A DNA stretch of 64,000 bases from Epithemia pelagica. Taxonomy: Eukaryota > Protista > Bacillariophyta. The translations under genes and the position numbers were made by a program. Positions 1-10,780 of the stretch are shown here, in pieces. The stretch covers positions 2,542,001 through 2,606,000 of the forward strand of contig OX337229.1 of assembly GCA_946965045.2 (NCBI GenBank), in the 5' to 3' direction. The notes beneath the pieces were generated by a model. It saw only the letters and a program-made list of their open reading frames with translations. It was not told the origin of the DNA and made no database searches. Each line of letters opens with the position of its first letter. The stretch's first letter is position 1.

Positions 1-855
1 TTTTGGAACAGTTTACAGAATGATATATTTCGCATTCTTCGACATGGAACTGTACATGCACGAAGTGCGGTTTTATTCGTCATTCATATCAGCTGCCTCT
101 TTCCGGAAGTTCCAGGTCCCGTTCTAGAAGCTGTTATAAGAGAATGCATCCGTCATATCGCCACATTTCCCATTGCCGATAACACTGTTTCTGAAACAAC
201 TCAGAATGAAGGAAATAACTATGACAACAATGACCAAGAGTTCTCTCCATTTGAAGATGGCAGTCACCATATCACAGTTGTTGCTCGAAACAAGGGCCCG
301 ACGTATGATGTGCTTGATATTACTTCTAGTACCCGAGGCAGCACACTTACGACCGACACGAACGAGGCTATCGAAGTACACAACATGGTGGATGGCATTG
401 TGAGCAAAACTCTCATGCCAGAAGATGTAATTGCCGTGAGTTCCGTTCTACTGTGCGTGGCACAAGCGGTACGTCGAAAAGAATGGATGCCGGATGAACA
501 TATTTCGAGATCCCTGTGTTTGGCTCCCGAAATATTGGCCGACCTGGATGTACGCAATGCCGTCTTTTTGACAGAGGCAGGATTGCCCCTGAATGCCGGA
601 CTGGCCATTTTGGAAGCCGAGGGCCTGGTGGAGACCACTGTGGAACAGCGAGGTGTGTTTCGAAGCAAGACCGTTGTCCAGTTCGTTGCATCCAAACGAG
701 ACATTGGGGTCGAGATTGAACATGGACCTGCCAGTGGCGTTAGCAACAAAATTCTTGGAGGTAGTACGGCACGCATGAATTACGGACGACGAATTGTAAG
801 CTTGGACAGGACTCGAAATCGACGTGAACTGAACACAAAGATTCGATTGGCCTAG
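1..855 (+). CDS. 3' part of a hypothetical protein (frame open from window start)
   Basis: Frame 1 reads without stops from base 1 (FWNSLQNDIFRILRH...) into the 310..855 ORF and ends at TAG 853-855. No recognisable family. Confidence 0.55.
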   Translation, partial: FWNSLQNDIFRILRHGTVHARSAVLFVIHISCLFPEVPGPVLEAVIRECIRHIATFPIADNTVSETTQNEGNNYDNNDQEFSPFEDGSHHITVVARNKGPTYDVLDITSSTRGSTLTTDTNEAIEVHNMVDGIVSKTLMPEDVIAVSSVLLCVAQAVRRKEWMPDEHISRSLCLAPEILADLDVRNAVFLTEAGLPLNAGLAILEAEGLVETTVEQRGVFRSKTVVQFVASKRDIGVEIEHGPASGVSNKILGGSTARMNYGRRIVSLDRTRNRRELNTKIRLA

Positions 856-1141
856 ACATGCACGGTAGACTTGAAGAAACTGTTTTAAATGTTAGTAAGA
901 GTGTAAAGCTTACTTGTTGATGAATCTTCCAATAAACGTAGGTCATAGTTTTAACTTCATACAAGGTGATTGATGAAGAGGGTAGAGAAACTTTATGTTA
1001 GGCGATCGGCGCCGTTGTTTGTCGCAGGTCTGCACGAAACAGTTTTCCTTGCTATCATTTCCTACTTGGTGCAAATTTATCTGTGCACTTGAAATTGGTA
1101 TGACAGTTCTTGTGGAATAAGTTTTCGATTGTTGCCGTTTA

Positions 1142-1774
1142 TTACCGTTCATGTGTGTAGGTTGCGCTAGGAAATTGACGACACAAGTAATAGATTACAT
1201 TTCGCTCTGGCCGCTTGCATGTTAGAGCGTACTGAAGGGGAAGTTTTCTCTCCACCGATGGAATCGAGATGGTGGAAGTGTCCATTGCTTGAATGGCTTC
1301 ATAGTCAAACGAGGCCTCACATGCAAGGTGAATTGGGAGTTTTCCATCCACACGACTCATGGTTTTGGTCGCCTCGGGACATATCATGGCCCATTTCTCC
1401 GCCACATAGGAGCTCCATCCACCAGGCACAAAGCTGCGTTCACCTAAATCTTTTTCCTTGTACAACCAGAGGCGTAAAAACATGTGCAGTGGGTACTCTG
1501 TGCAATCTGTCGGCAATGGTCGACACACCGAAGTTTCGCAATACTCGATGCACTTGTAAAGCACTCTGGAAATTACAAGACCCTGCGCCGCACACTGATA
1601 CCTTGTCCATTGTTTGCGCAGCAGAATATGGAGAGGATATTCATTGTCGTAGTTGGGTATTCCCCAACCTTGTGGGTACGTTTCAGTTAGGAATTCGATG
1701 AGATCATAGTTTCTGTCCTTACACGCCCTATGTAGAGGGATATTTCCGTTCGCGTCTCGTGCATGAACCGTCAT
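1142..1774 (-). CDS. Ankyrin-repeat-like protein
   Basis: Repeated ankyrin-like PLH motifs (GNIPLHRAC, EYPLHILL, EYPLHMFL, KLPIHLAC, KLPLQYAL). Probable start is ATG 1774 (MTVHARD) within ORF 1142..2185. Confidence 0.7.
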   Translation of the reverse strand: MTVHARDANGNIPLHRACKDRNYDLIEFLTETYPQGWGIPNYDNEYPLHILLRKQWTRYQCAAQGLVISRVLYKCIEYCETSVCRPLPTDCTEYPLHMFLRLWLYKEKDLGERSFVPGGWSSYVAEKWAMICPEATKTMSRVDGKLPIHLACEASFDYEAIQAMDTSTISIPSVERKLPLQYALTCKRPERNVIYYLCRQFPSATYTHER

Positions 1775-2646
1775 TGGATTGTTTTTGTAGATACGAATCG
1801 TCCTATGAGGACGCCACCTAAAGAAGCTTTCATGATGGAGAGAAAGATCAACTTTGCCCTTGACGGGTTCTAGTGATGAAAATGTGAGAGATTTGAGGTT
1901 CAAGGATACCACAATGCACAATGACCGCACCACGTACCAGGAGAACGCCAGGACATTGTACCGCCTTTCTGAGACGAAGCACAATACGAATGGAGCCTCA
2001 AGACCTGTTTTGCTACGTTGCATTTTGTTTGATAAGACCTCTGAAATCAGAAAGGATAGGGATGCCCGGATGCGAGATTTGTCATACATGAAACATGACC
2101 TCAAACGTGGACGTCTCGCTTGGGTTGGGTGGTCGGAGGGCGACACGATCGAAGCGAGTCGCGCACGCGACTGGATCTGCACCAATGTTCCGTCTGCACA
2201 TCCATCTGCAGTGCCATCGAAGGCACCTTCTAAAGAGGAGGCATGACAACCACCACTAGAGAGGAAAGCTTTGTGGCTGCATGAGACCCTGTTTGTTCCA
2301 TGCCAGCACTGTACTTCCGTTGCTTTGGCCTACTTTAGTTCAAGCCAGTAAAGCGACCGCCTTTGTAGCTGGGAAAGCTTCAATCGTCTCTTCGTCCGTG
2401 GCGCCATCAGCAGCTCATCCAGACGCACTTTTGAAAACAACGACTGGAAAACATAGAGTTCACGCCTTTGTCCCACCCCTCGTCGGATTTCGTTTCTTCA
2501 CAAGTCGTTCTATCCGACGCTGCTGTGTGTCGTCCGGCAGACGGACCAAGTCTTCGACGCGGTTCCAGTCATTAAATTCTCGGTTGACGCCCTTATCCTT
2601 CGGCACCACCAACTACTACATTCATTCACAGTCTCGAAGCAGCAAA

Positions 2647-5175
2647 ATGCAGCACCATGGCACCGATGATCATGAACCGGATTTTCCTCTCACGAAAGAC
2701 TGCAGCTTCATGTTTGACGGTAGGATTGTGGCTCGCAACCTTCCACGATGATATTCTGTCGAAGAAATTCAAAAACAAAAGCCCCAGCATCACTCCATTG
2801 ATCCAGGATTGGTAGTGCCCGGTTTGGGACCCTTGCATTACCGCCCTTTGAAACCTTTCATCCGACCCAACGCTTTGGTTGATGAGGGCACCGAGACGTT
2901 CTCTTCGGGTGATCCACCACGCGGAACCCAAGACCACAAGGACGATTCATGGAATGCCACCACCGCGATAAGCCTCTATCTTTATCATGAGAAACAACAA
3001 GAGCCAAATTCTTCTGTCGCAGCTCATGCATCTGATCGATCGATACCACAATCACCGAAAACGATACTCTTGCAGGTGAACCGGGATTCGGACGAGACCC
3101 TCGAACGAACACTAAAGAGGTTGCATCTCAATCTCATGAAAAAACTGCAACCGAACATCAAGAAAAAGAAGAACAAAAAGAGAAAGGAATCGTCCGAGGC
3201 GGTCCCCGAGGCTTCGTCTCACGAGCCTTTACTTCGATTTTCGGTGCACAAGCTTGTCCCATCTAAAACGACAAGCAACGATGGTGATCAAGGCTTGTCC
3301 TTTGGTGAGGAATGGGCAGATTGTCTACACTTGCCCAATTGCCAAGTTTGGGAAGCGGCTTCACACACTCCGCTTGCTGTCCGTATGGAGTGGACAGAGT
3401 CTTTGCAAACAACCGAGGTGCCGTCATCATTCACGTTCTTAGTGGAAGCCAACACTCCTACCATCACGTCTGTCCAAACCTTTGAGGATTTTCAGGCTCA
3501 TATCTTTGTGGGAGTTCCCCTGTTCATCTCAGCGTGTAGCATCTTTTCAAAATCGGTACGCGTAGATTGGTACTGCGAATCGGAAACAAACCATGAGAGT
3601 GGTTCCAAGCAACGCCTGGTTTGGGAGCACCAACAAGAACAACAGAATACTCCATGTTTCATCCCCGAGGCCAAGCATATCGGAAAACGAATTGCTGTGA
3701 TTCTCAAACCGGTTACTGAAACCGATAATCACGCTATCGACCGAAAACATTTTGATGAAGTATGTGGGAGCGAGGAAGCATATATCTTTGAGCGGTCGGT
3801 TCAAGGATGCCCAGAAAACCTTCTGTTAAGTTTAAGAGGACCTCAATGGACACAAGGGCTGTTACATCAACTTCATCACCAAAAAAAGAACAAAGATGTT
3901 GATGGGACATTGATTCGTGTCATGACCTATAATGTCTTGGCGGATCAAAATGCGTTTGCCGACAAGGCAAACGGTGAAGTTACGTCTTGCTACAAATCAT
4001 ATGTGTCACCCGAAATTTTGGCCAAGAGACGGCGCCTTCCTCTGGTTTTACATGAAATTTTGTCCTATCAAGCAGATGTGATTTGTTTACAGGAAGTAGA
4101 TCCTCATATTTATACGAGCCTTTTGGAACCGATCCTGAGCCACTTTCGCTATCGAGGATTCTTTTCGCCCAAGAGACCACGACAAAAGTCGAATGGTGGA
4201 TCGCAAAAGGCCAACCTCAACAATGGAACCAATGACACGCCCACAAATCAACAAAGTTTTTCTGTTTCAAACGAAGGATGTGCCATGTTTTGGTCGCTGG
4301 ATCGATTTGAACACGTGCCACATGTACATGATAACTCGTTCTTGGTTCGTGATATTTTGCAGGAACACCAACGAATGCGGAATGATCCATCTCCGTCGAG
4401 GACAAGCTGGAATGAGTCGACCAACGCCATTTTGGAACTCTTGGAGAATTGTCCGGACTTGGATGACACTGTAGCCCATCAACTGGGCCATGTTGTGCAA
4501 ATTGTCCCACTCCGAGTCAAAGAGGTCTCAGGTTCCAACAATTCCATCCCAAAGACTTTGGTCGCGACAAATACGCATTTGTTCTTTCATCCATTTGCCA
4601 GTCACATTCGTGTCATTCAAGCCTTGTTCATTGCCAAGCGCTTGTCTCAAGTCTTGCAAAAGCAGCGCGAGCTCAGTGTTGGCGACAAGAGTGCCATTGC
4701 AACTGTTTTGTGTGGAGATTTCAATTCTGGTTTGATGAATGCGGGTGGCCAATTGTTGATGAAGAAGCACGTGGGTAAGAACTCTAGGAACTTGCAGGTA
4801 CATCTCAATTCCTTCAAGTATGACAGTTATGAGGACGAGAGCGAAATCTCCGGGGTTCAAACTACGAGTGATTCAAAAAGTGTTTATCAATATGACTTTC
4901 CATCTCTCAGTCTACCCGATCACCATGAGTTTCCGGATCTTGCGTCGGCCATGGTGGAGTACCCTCCTGTGACACATTGCGTGGATGGTTTTTGGGGAAC
5001 GCTCGATCACATTTTGATGGATTCCAGGGCCTTGGTGGCAGTCGGGAATGCACCCATGCCCACATTGGAAGAGGTGCAGCGTCATACGGCCATGCCGTCC
5101 GAGAATCTTCCCAGTGACCACGTGAGCCTTGTGGTGGACTTGCGGTTTGACGAAACCCAGATAGGAGATGAATGA
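2647..5175 (+). CDS. EEP-family deadenylase/phosphodiesterase, PDE12/CCR4-Angel-like
   Basis: EEP motifs TYNVLAD, DVICLQEVD, NTHLFFHP, CGDFNSG, LDHIL and SDHVSLV. The 5' exon from ATG 2647 is joined by a probable 87-nt intron (2720-2806, GTAGG...CCAG) that removes the in-frame TGA at 2749. Confidence 0.8.
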
Positions 5176-5259
5176 TTGCAACAATCCAACCAGATTGGAT
5201 TGTGACATGACAGGACTTGGAACGGTACAAAAAATATCATCAACCAAGATTGTGGTTCG

Positions 5260-7079
5260 TTACTCGTCCGGACAATCTTCACGATTGTCGGTAGTACCAT
5301 TGTTGCTCACGGGTAAGTAATCCAGTTCGGTGGAACCATTGCCCGTGCTGTCCCCCGTGCCAACGGATTCACAATCCACTGCCAACGACGTGACTTGTCG
5401 GCGGGCTCGATGGTAGTCCCCAATGTTGTACAGGCAGACAATGGCCAGACCAAAAAAGAGATTGAGAGAGGCCAGTCCCCATGCCATGTTGAACCCCGAT
5501 TCGTTCAAGACGGAGAACAAGAGAGCGGGTAAGAAGGACAAGATATCGGCTGCCAGCTGCATAATGCCCATGAGTTCGGTTTGGGAATCATTGGGCATGA
5601 GATTCATAAAAATGGTCGTATCCATGGGACTGAGCCATCCAAAAAAGATGCCCCAGAGGACTGAAAATCCAACGGCAGTTCCCATGAATCCTGGACCAGT
5701 CAAGAAGATGGAGGCTCCTGTGGTGGACACAATAAAGCCGGCGTTGCAAATCATGGCCGATTTGACTGGACTGTTGAACCACGCCGACAAGTAGCTACCC
5801 ATATAACTTCCCGGAATACCCATTACCAGTACTACTAAAAAGACCAAGGCAATTTCGTTGGCTGTCATGTCCAGCACTTCTTTGAGGTAGGTTGTGGCAA
5901 TTGATGAAAAGGCTGTCATCTAGAGAAACGAGAGTGGCGCGTTGCGCAACAAGAATGTGAGAAGAACAGGTGTCCTTTGACATTAAAAAAAGCACAGTTT
6001 CGGTTCCATTTTCGTACCGCAGCTTCGGCAAACATCATTTGAATGGTCGCCCACATGAGTGCCCGATAGTCTCGTACAATTCGACGAGCGGTATGGGCCA
6101 CCTTGACAAAGCCATGGGTCCACAAACTGTGTCCCGGTGGCAATCGACTGACGGCGGGTCGATTGCGAAACAAGAATTTCCACGTCATGGCAAAGCAAGT
6201 GAAACAAATGGTTGCAGTAAAGATTTGACCGATGCGAGCTGTACCGACATCGTCGGTCCCCAAAATGGACGCTGTTCCAAACACTTGAATCAAAAAGACA
6301 AGCATCGACACGTAGGCAATGACATTGTACGAAGCATTGTATTGCGCCTTTTCGTGGTGATCTTGTGTGAGCTCCGATGTGTAGGCGTAGGCCGCCGCTG
6401 CATGCATATCGTACAAGACATAGGAGACGACTTGCAAGACGGCCACCACAAACCAGGTACGTGGTCCCACAAAGATTTCGAGTCCCTTGACCGTGGCCAA
6501 GGCCAAGGCCGACACGGCTGCCACTTGTCGTCGATAGGGTGTATGGTCTACCACGGCCCCAATAAAGGGCATGGATAAGGATCCCAACAAACCTGAGAAA
6601 ATGGCAATGTTGGACAAGAGCGAAGAAGGTCGAAATCCGTACACCTTGCAAAAGGATGCCACGTCGTCGCCATTGCCATCTTCTTCTTCTTCTTCGGGTA
6701 GATTACAATTCAGCTTGGCTGCGGCTTGTGCCAATTCCAACAAGGCAGGACCAAGAAACATGGAACTCATCATGATATGACCACGTGCGTACATGTCAAT
6801 GGACAATCCTGTGGCTTCCACAGGAGCATGATCAAACCGCCAAAAGCGGGGAACCCATTGCATGACAGGAGGATGTCCAAAGTCATGTTGTTCGTCCAGG
6901 GGACTCTTGGTTTGGTGAAATCCAATTTGTCCATTGTCGTTCACAACGACGGCGGCAGTTCCACCAGCAGGGTCCATGGTGTTGTTGGTGTCCGCCAAGG
7001 AAAAGGTGGACGTTCCAGTAGTGTTCTCTGTAGGATCATCATCAGGAGTGACGATGGAACTGTCATGAGCTTTGAGCAT
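5260..7079 (-). CDS. MFS transporter, Atg22/UMF1-like (copy A)
   Basis: About 12 hydrophobic segments plus motifs GAVVDHTPYRR and AYTSEL. A 98-nt intron (5920-6017, GTACGA...CTAG) joins EAA|MTAFSS. Probable start is MLKAHDSS at 7079. Confidence 0.85.
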
Positions 7080-7861
7080 GATGATATTTTCGTGTTTGAG
7101 CTGACCTGTTTCCTGTCTTGGATGAGATGGATGTTGTTGTCGACCTATGCTCTGTAGATTTGATTGTCCGGTTGGCCTCTTCCCAACAAAAAAGTCTGCT
7201 CTATTGGCTTCATTCATGCAATCTGCGGTAACCGACGTGTCTTCCTATCAGCGACCAAAACGACGCAAAGGGTCGCTCTTAAGTCACCCGACAAGACATC
7301 TGTTGCAGTCATCTGTTCTCTGATGCGAATTTTGTTGTTCTTCGTTCGAAAATGAGAAGGTTCCACAGAGCGTTCGAGGAATAGTACACTTTGACCCTAT
7401 AGTCAATTGATCATAGCCCCTCGCTGCTCCGTTGAAGTTCTGAAAATCAAAGTCGTTGCCGGCTGGATTTACTATTGCCCAAAGCCCCCAAACCTTTCAC
7501 TCCAAGCGCGGTGAGTTCGCCCTCATCACAAACTCACCACAACCATCCAGTCAAAAGTGAAAAGTCAAAACCGCTCGCACGGTTTTCTTGTGTTTGACAC
7601 CACAGTGTCAAATCCATCCACAATCCACAACAAACAACTGTGCGAGTTTCCCAACAAGACAGACACTACACACAAGAGACTCTCTCCCCCGAATTGATAA
7701 AGTGCGAGCGAACTCCTTTTGCAAGCCTCAATCCAAAAGACACAAGTCCGGTTGTTTGACCTGACGCCGGTTTCGCTTTTTTCTGGTCCGTGTGTGGGAA
7801 CCGAATCGCTACATTCCTTTCATAAAATATAACACAACAACAACCCAGAAAAAAAGAGAAG

Positions 7862-10291
7862 ATGGTGTGTCTCGAGACGGCGGACTACATGGACTCTTCG
7901 TTTTCGGGCGATTTGTTCATTCCCTCCTCGGCATTCTTTTTGCCCTCCCAATCATCATCTCCCTTTGTGTCATCCTCTTGCCCACAATCCCTTGTCACGA
8001 CCAGCGCTCCGAGCCATGGTGTCATAAAAAGACAAGAACCACCACTTGATCCTCCACCAATGCTGTTCCCTTCACCTCCGTATACCACGAAAAAAGTGGT
8101 GGTGACACCTTCTTCTTCTTCCACAACAACAACAACATCAACAACATCATCATCATTGCCGGAAGAAGAACCTCCCATCACACCACCCCTTACACCCAGT
8201 ACATGCTCTAGCAAGAGCAGCAACAACAGCAGTCTACCCTCTCCTTCATCTTCCTGGATTCGTCTTTCTCTTTCCTCTCCTACCTTGCCGTGGGAGGGAA
8301 GGAGGCTGACGAATCCACCCGTTGTTTCGCCGCTCTGTCTGCGGAGAAGCCACTCGTATACCTGTTCGTTCCGCAGTCCAGGCACCACCAGCACTACCAC
8401 CACCACCACCACAAGGACAACCAAAACATGCGCGAGTGACACAACTACCACCAACAACAACAAGAACAAGCGGCGATGTATCTTTAGCAGTAGTGTATGG
8501 CAACAAACCAATTCTTCTTCTTCTTCGCGGTCACTGGGCTCGGGAAGCGAATCACCATCCAACAACACCAATCATACAAAAATGCTGCCACCATTACCAC
8601 CACGGCACGATGCTGCCACCACAATCACCTACCGTGAAATTCGAAAATTGGTGCAACCTCCACCGCATCGTTGTATGAACAAACCCCATTTTCGTGCCGT
8701 GACGGAGGAACCATCCATTACACCTGCACCACCACACCACCACCAACAACAACAACACGCAGAGGAAGAACCACACTCACAACAATCACAACAAGAGTCT
8801 CGGATCAATGGTCCTCCTCGGAGCTTGGCATCCTCGATTCTTCCAGACTTGCCCTATCCCATGCGACGATTCTTTCAACACGGACCACGAAGAACGCAAT
8901 TGGGAGGAGTGTACCCCATGGTGTCTCCCACTTCGATTCTTCGAAAAAGTTCCTATGGCACACCACCACCCATTCCACAAAAGAGGCGCTTGGAATTCGA
9001 GTCCAGTACAACCCCCAATTCGTCCTTTTCTGGATCGAGTTGCTGTAGTAGTGATACCAACAACAAGGATGCCTCCTCCATTACCTCCTTCAATATGGTG
9101 GATACCGTACGTCTTGCCGAAGTCAAGGAAGGAGACCGACACAAATTGGTCCATATGGAAACGACTAGTACCTCCTCGTCTTCGGGACGTTGCAGCTTAC
9201 CTGAAGAAGAAGAAGAGGATGAACGAAATTGCATGAAACAAGAGAACGAATTGCAAGCAGACGCTCAATCACCATCGTCTCCTCAAGAAGAACAAGGCTC
9301 GAACCACAAACGGGTCCATTTTGATCCTCGAGTCACTGTGACAGAGTTTGAAGACAATTGTCCTCGATACTGGTTTTCTGCCTTTGAATTGGAACGCTTG
9401 CAAAAGGAATCGGTCCATTTGGTGCAACGCTATCTCTTGGCCCATCCATCCATGATTTCCGAATACAACCAACCCCGTTTGGATCCAGTCACGGGCACAT
9501 ATCGCAAACGGGCACTCTTTTCCATCCCCATATTGCGAGCCAATTCGCAAAAAGAGGAAGAAAAAATGTTGCGCGTCGGTGACAAGAAACGACCCTGTGC
9601 CGAGTCCATGGCCAAGAGTCAAGTCAAGCAAATTCTCATTGCGGCACGCAATCATTTGGTTTCCGATTTGCTCAGTCGATCCCTCAAAACGATTTTCCCC
9701 CATGCTTCCATTTTGGCTGTCACCACTGGAGAAGAAGCCCTCCGAGTCTATAGCGATCGAGTCAGTCGCATCAATAGCAAAGACCACGCCGGTGTGATCA
9801 ATGGCTTTGATTTAGTAATTGCCGATGGACCATTGAATCGATCCTTGGTCCATGGACCAGCAACCGTCTCGCTGGATCGACTCGAACATGGTAATTTAAA
9901 TAGCAGCGACCGAAACAAGAGTTCCAGTATAACATCCAAAGCCTCCTCGCTCATGGATCTTCGCACCATGGCATCACGAGACAAGTCGTCATCATCATCT
10001 TCATCTTCACTCCCACCCTCGTGCGGAGCGGAATTGTTTCGATGCATTGGAGAAATCACCCATGCAGCGGATGCTGCTACAAATAACAAAGAGGCGAATT
10101 CAAAGTCCAAGGCCTGTCAGCTTCCTTTGCTTATTGGTCTCACGGCATCCTCTCCCAAGGAACCCGAAGGCAAGGCCATGACAGAAAATGGAGCAGGCAT
10201 TGTATGGGCTCTCCCTCCTCCCAAAATGGATGAACGGTTGCGGGATGAAATTGTTTCCAAGCTCTTGCAAAAACGTCAATCCAAGCGCTAA
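7862..10291 (+). CDS. Low-complexity protein with RVxF-like motif and C-terminal degenerate receiver (REC-like) domain
   Basis: 809-aa ORF with an S/T/P-rich N-terminus and KRVHFDP. The C-terminus follows the REC pattern: QILIAARN...TTGEEAL...FDLVIADG...LLIGLTAS...GAGIVWALPPP. Confidence 0.7.
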   Translation: MVCLETADYMDSSFSGDLFIPSSAFFLPSQSSSPFVSSSCPQSLVTTSAPSHGVIKRQEPPLDPPPMLFPSPPYTTKKVVVTPSSSSTTTTTSTTSSSLPEEEPPITPPLTPSTCSSKSSNNSSLPSPSSSWIRLSLSSPTLPWEGRRLTNPPVVSPLCLRRSHSYTCSFRSPGTTSTTTTTTTRTTKTCASDTTTTNNNKNKRRCIFSSSVWQQTNSSSSSRSLGSGSESPSNNTNHTKMLPPLPPRHDAATTITYREIRKLVQPPPHRCMNKPHFRAVTEEPSITPAPPHHHQQQQHAEEEPHSQQSQQESRINGPPRSLASSILPDLPYPMRRFFQHGPRRTQLGGVYPMVSPTSILRKSSYGTPPPIPQKRRLEFESSTTPNSSFSGSSCCSSDTNNKDASSITSFNMVDTVRLAEVKEGDRHKLVHMETTSTSSSSGRCSLPEEEEEDERNCMKQENELQADAQSPSSPQEEQGSNHKRVHFDPRVTVTEFEDNCPRYWFSAFELERLQKESVHLVQRYLLAHPSMISEYNQPRLDPVTGTYRKRALFSIPILRANSQKEEEKMLRVGDKKRPCAESMAKSQVKQILIAARNHLVSDLLSRSLKTIFPHASILAVTTGEEALRVYSDRVSRINSKDHAGVINGFDLVIADGPLNRSLVHGPATVSLDRLEHGNLNSSDRNKSSSITSKASSLMDLRTMASRDKSSSSSSSSLPPSCGAELFRCIGEITHAADAATNNKEANSKSKACQLPLLIGLTASSPKEPEGKAMTENGAGIVWALPPPKMDERLRDEIVSKLLQKRQSKR

Positions 10292-10780
10292 GAGACTACG
10301 CCAAAGAAAACAGACAGTATATAGATGGGGGTATAGCAACAACAACGAGACGACGACAAGTCAAACAACACGCACTGGAATGTGCCACCGCGTTGGTGTG
10401 AAACGTCAGCCATTCCAAACTGCATACTATAGATTGTGGGAACATATACAAATAAGACTAATAAAGAGTAGACAAGACATTGAAACTTTTGCATGCCCTT
10501 TTCATAGGTTTATGGTGTGTTCTATTCGTTTTGTGGTCAAGTCATGGTTTGTGTTCTTCCAGGTCTATGTATGCATCTTGATGATTCTTTTTGTTTTATT
10601 GAGCGTGAAGCCCCAGGAAAAGCTCTGGGTGGCTTTTCTTTCCCTTTCTCTAGAGAATGCATGAAACAAGGCTGCTTTTGTTTTTATTTTTATGAACAGA
10701 TGGCTGCAATCAGTATCACAGAGAAACGACAAAAAGGGTAAAAAAGTCAATGAGAATGAAACTTGTCTCCATACGGAATG

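Noticed and set aside
2749-2751. In-frame TGA between two same-frame ORFs of the PDE12-like gene, suggesting readthrough or selenocysteine
   Set aside because: An 87-nt GT-AG intron (2720-2806) removes the stop while keeping the frame, which is the simpler explanation.
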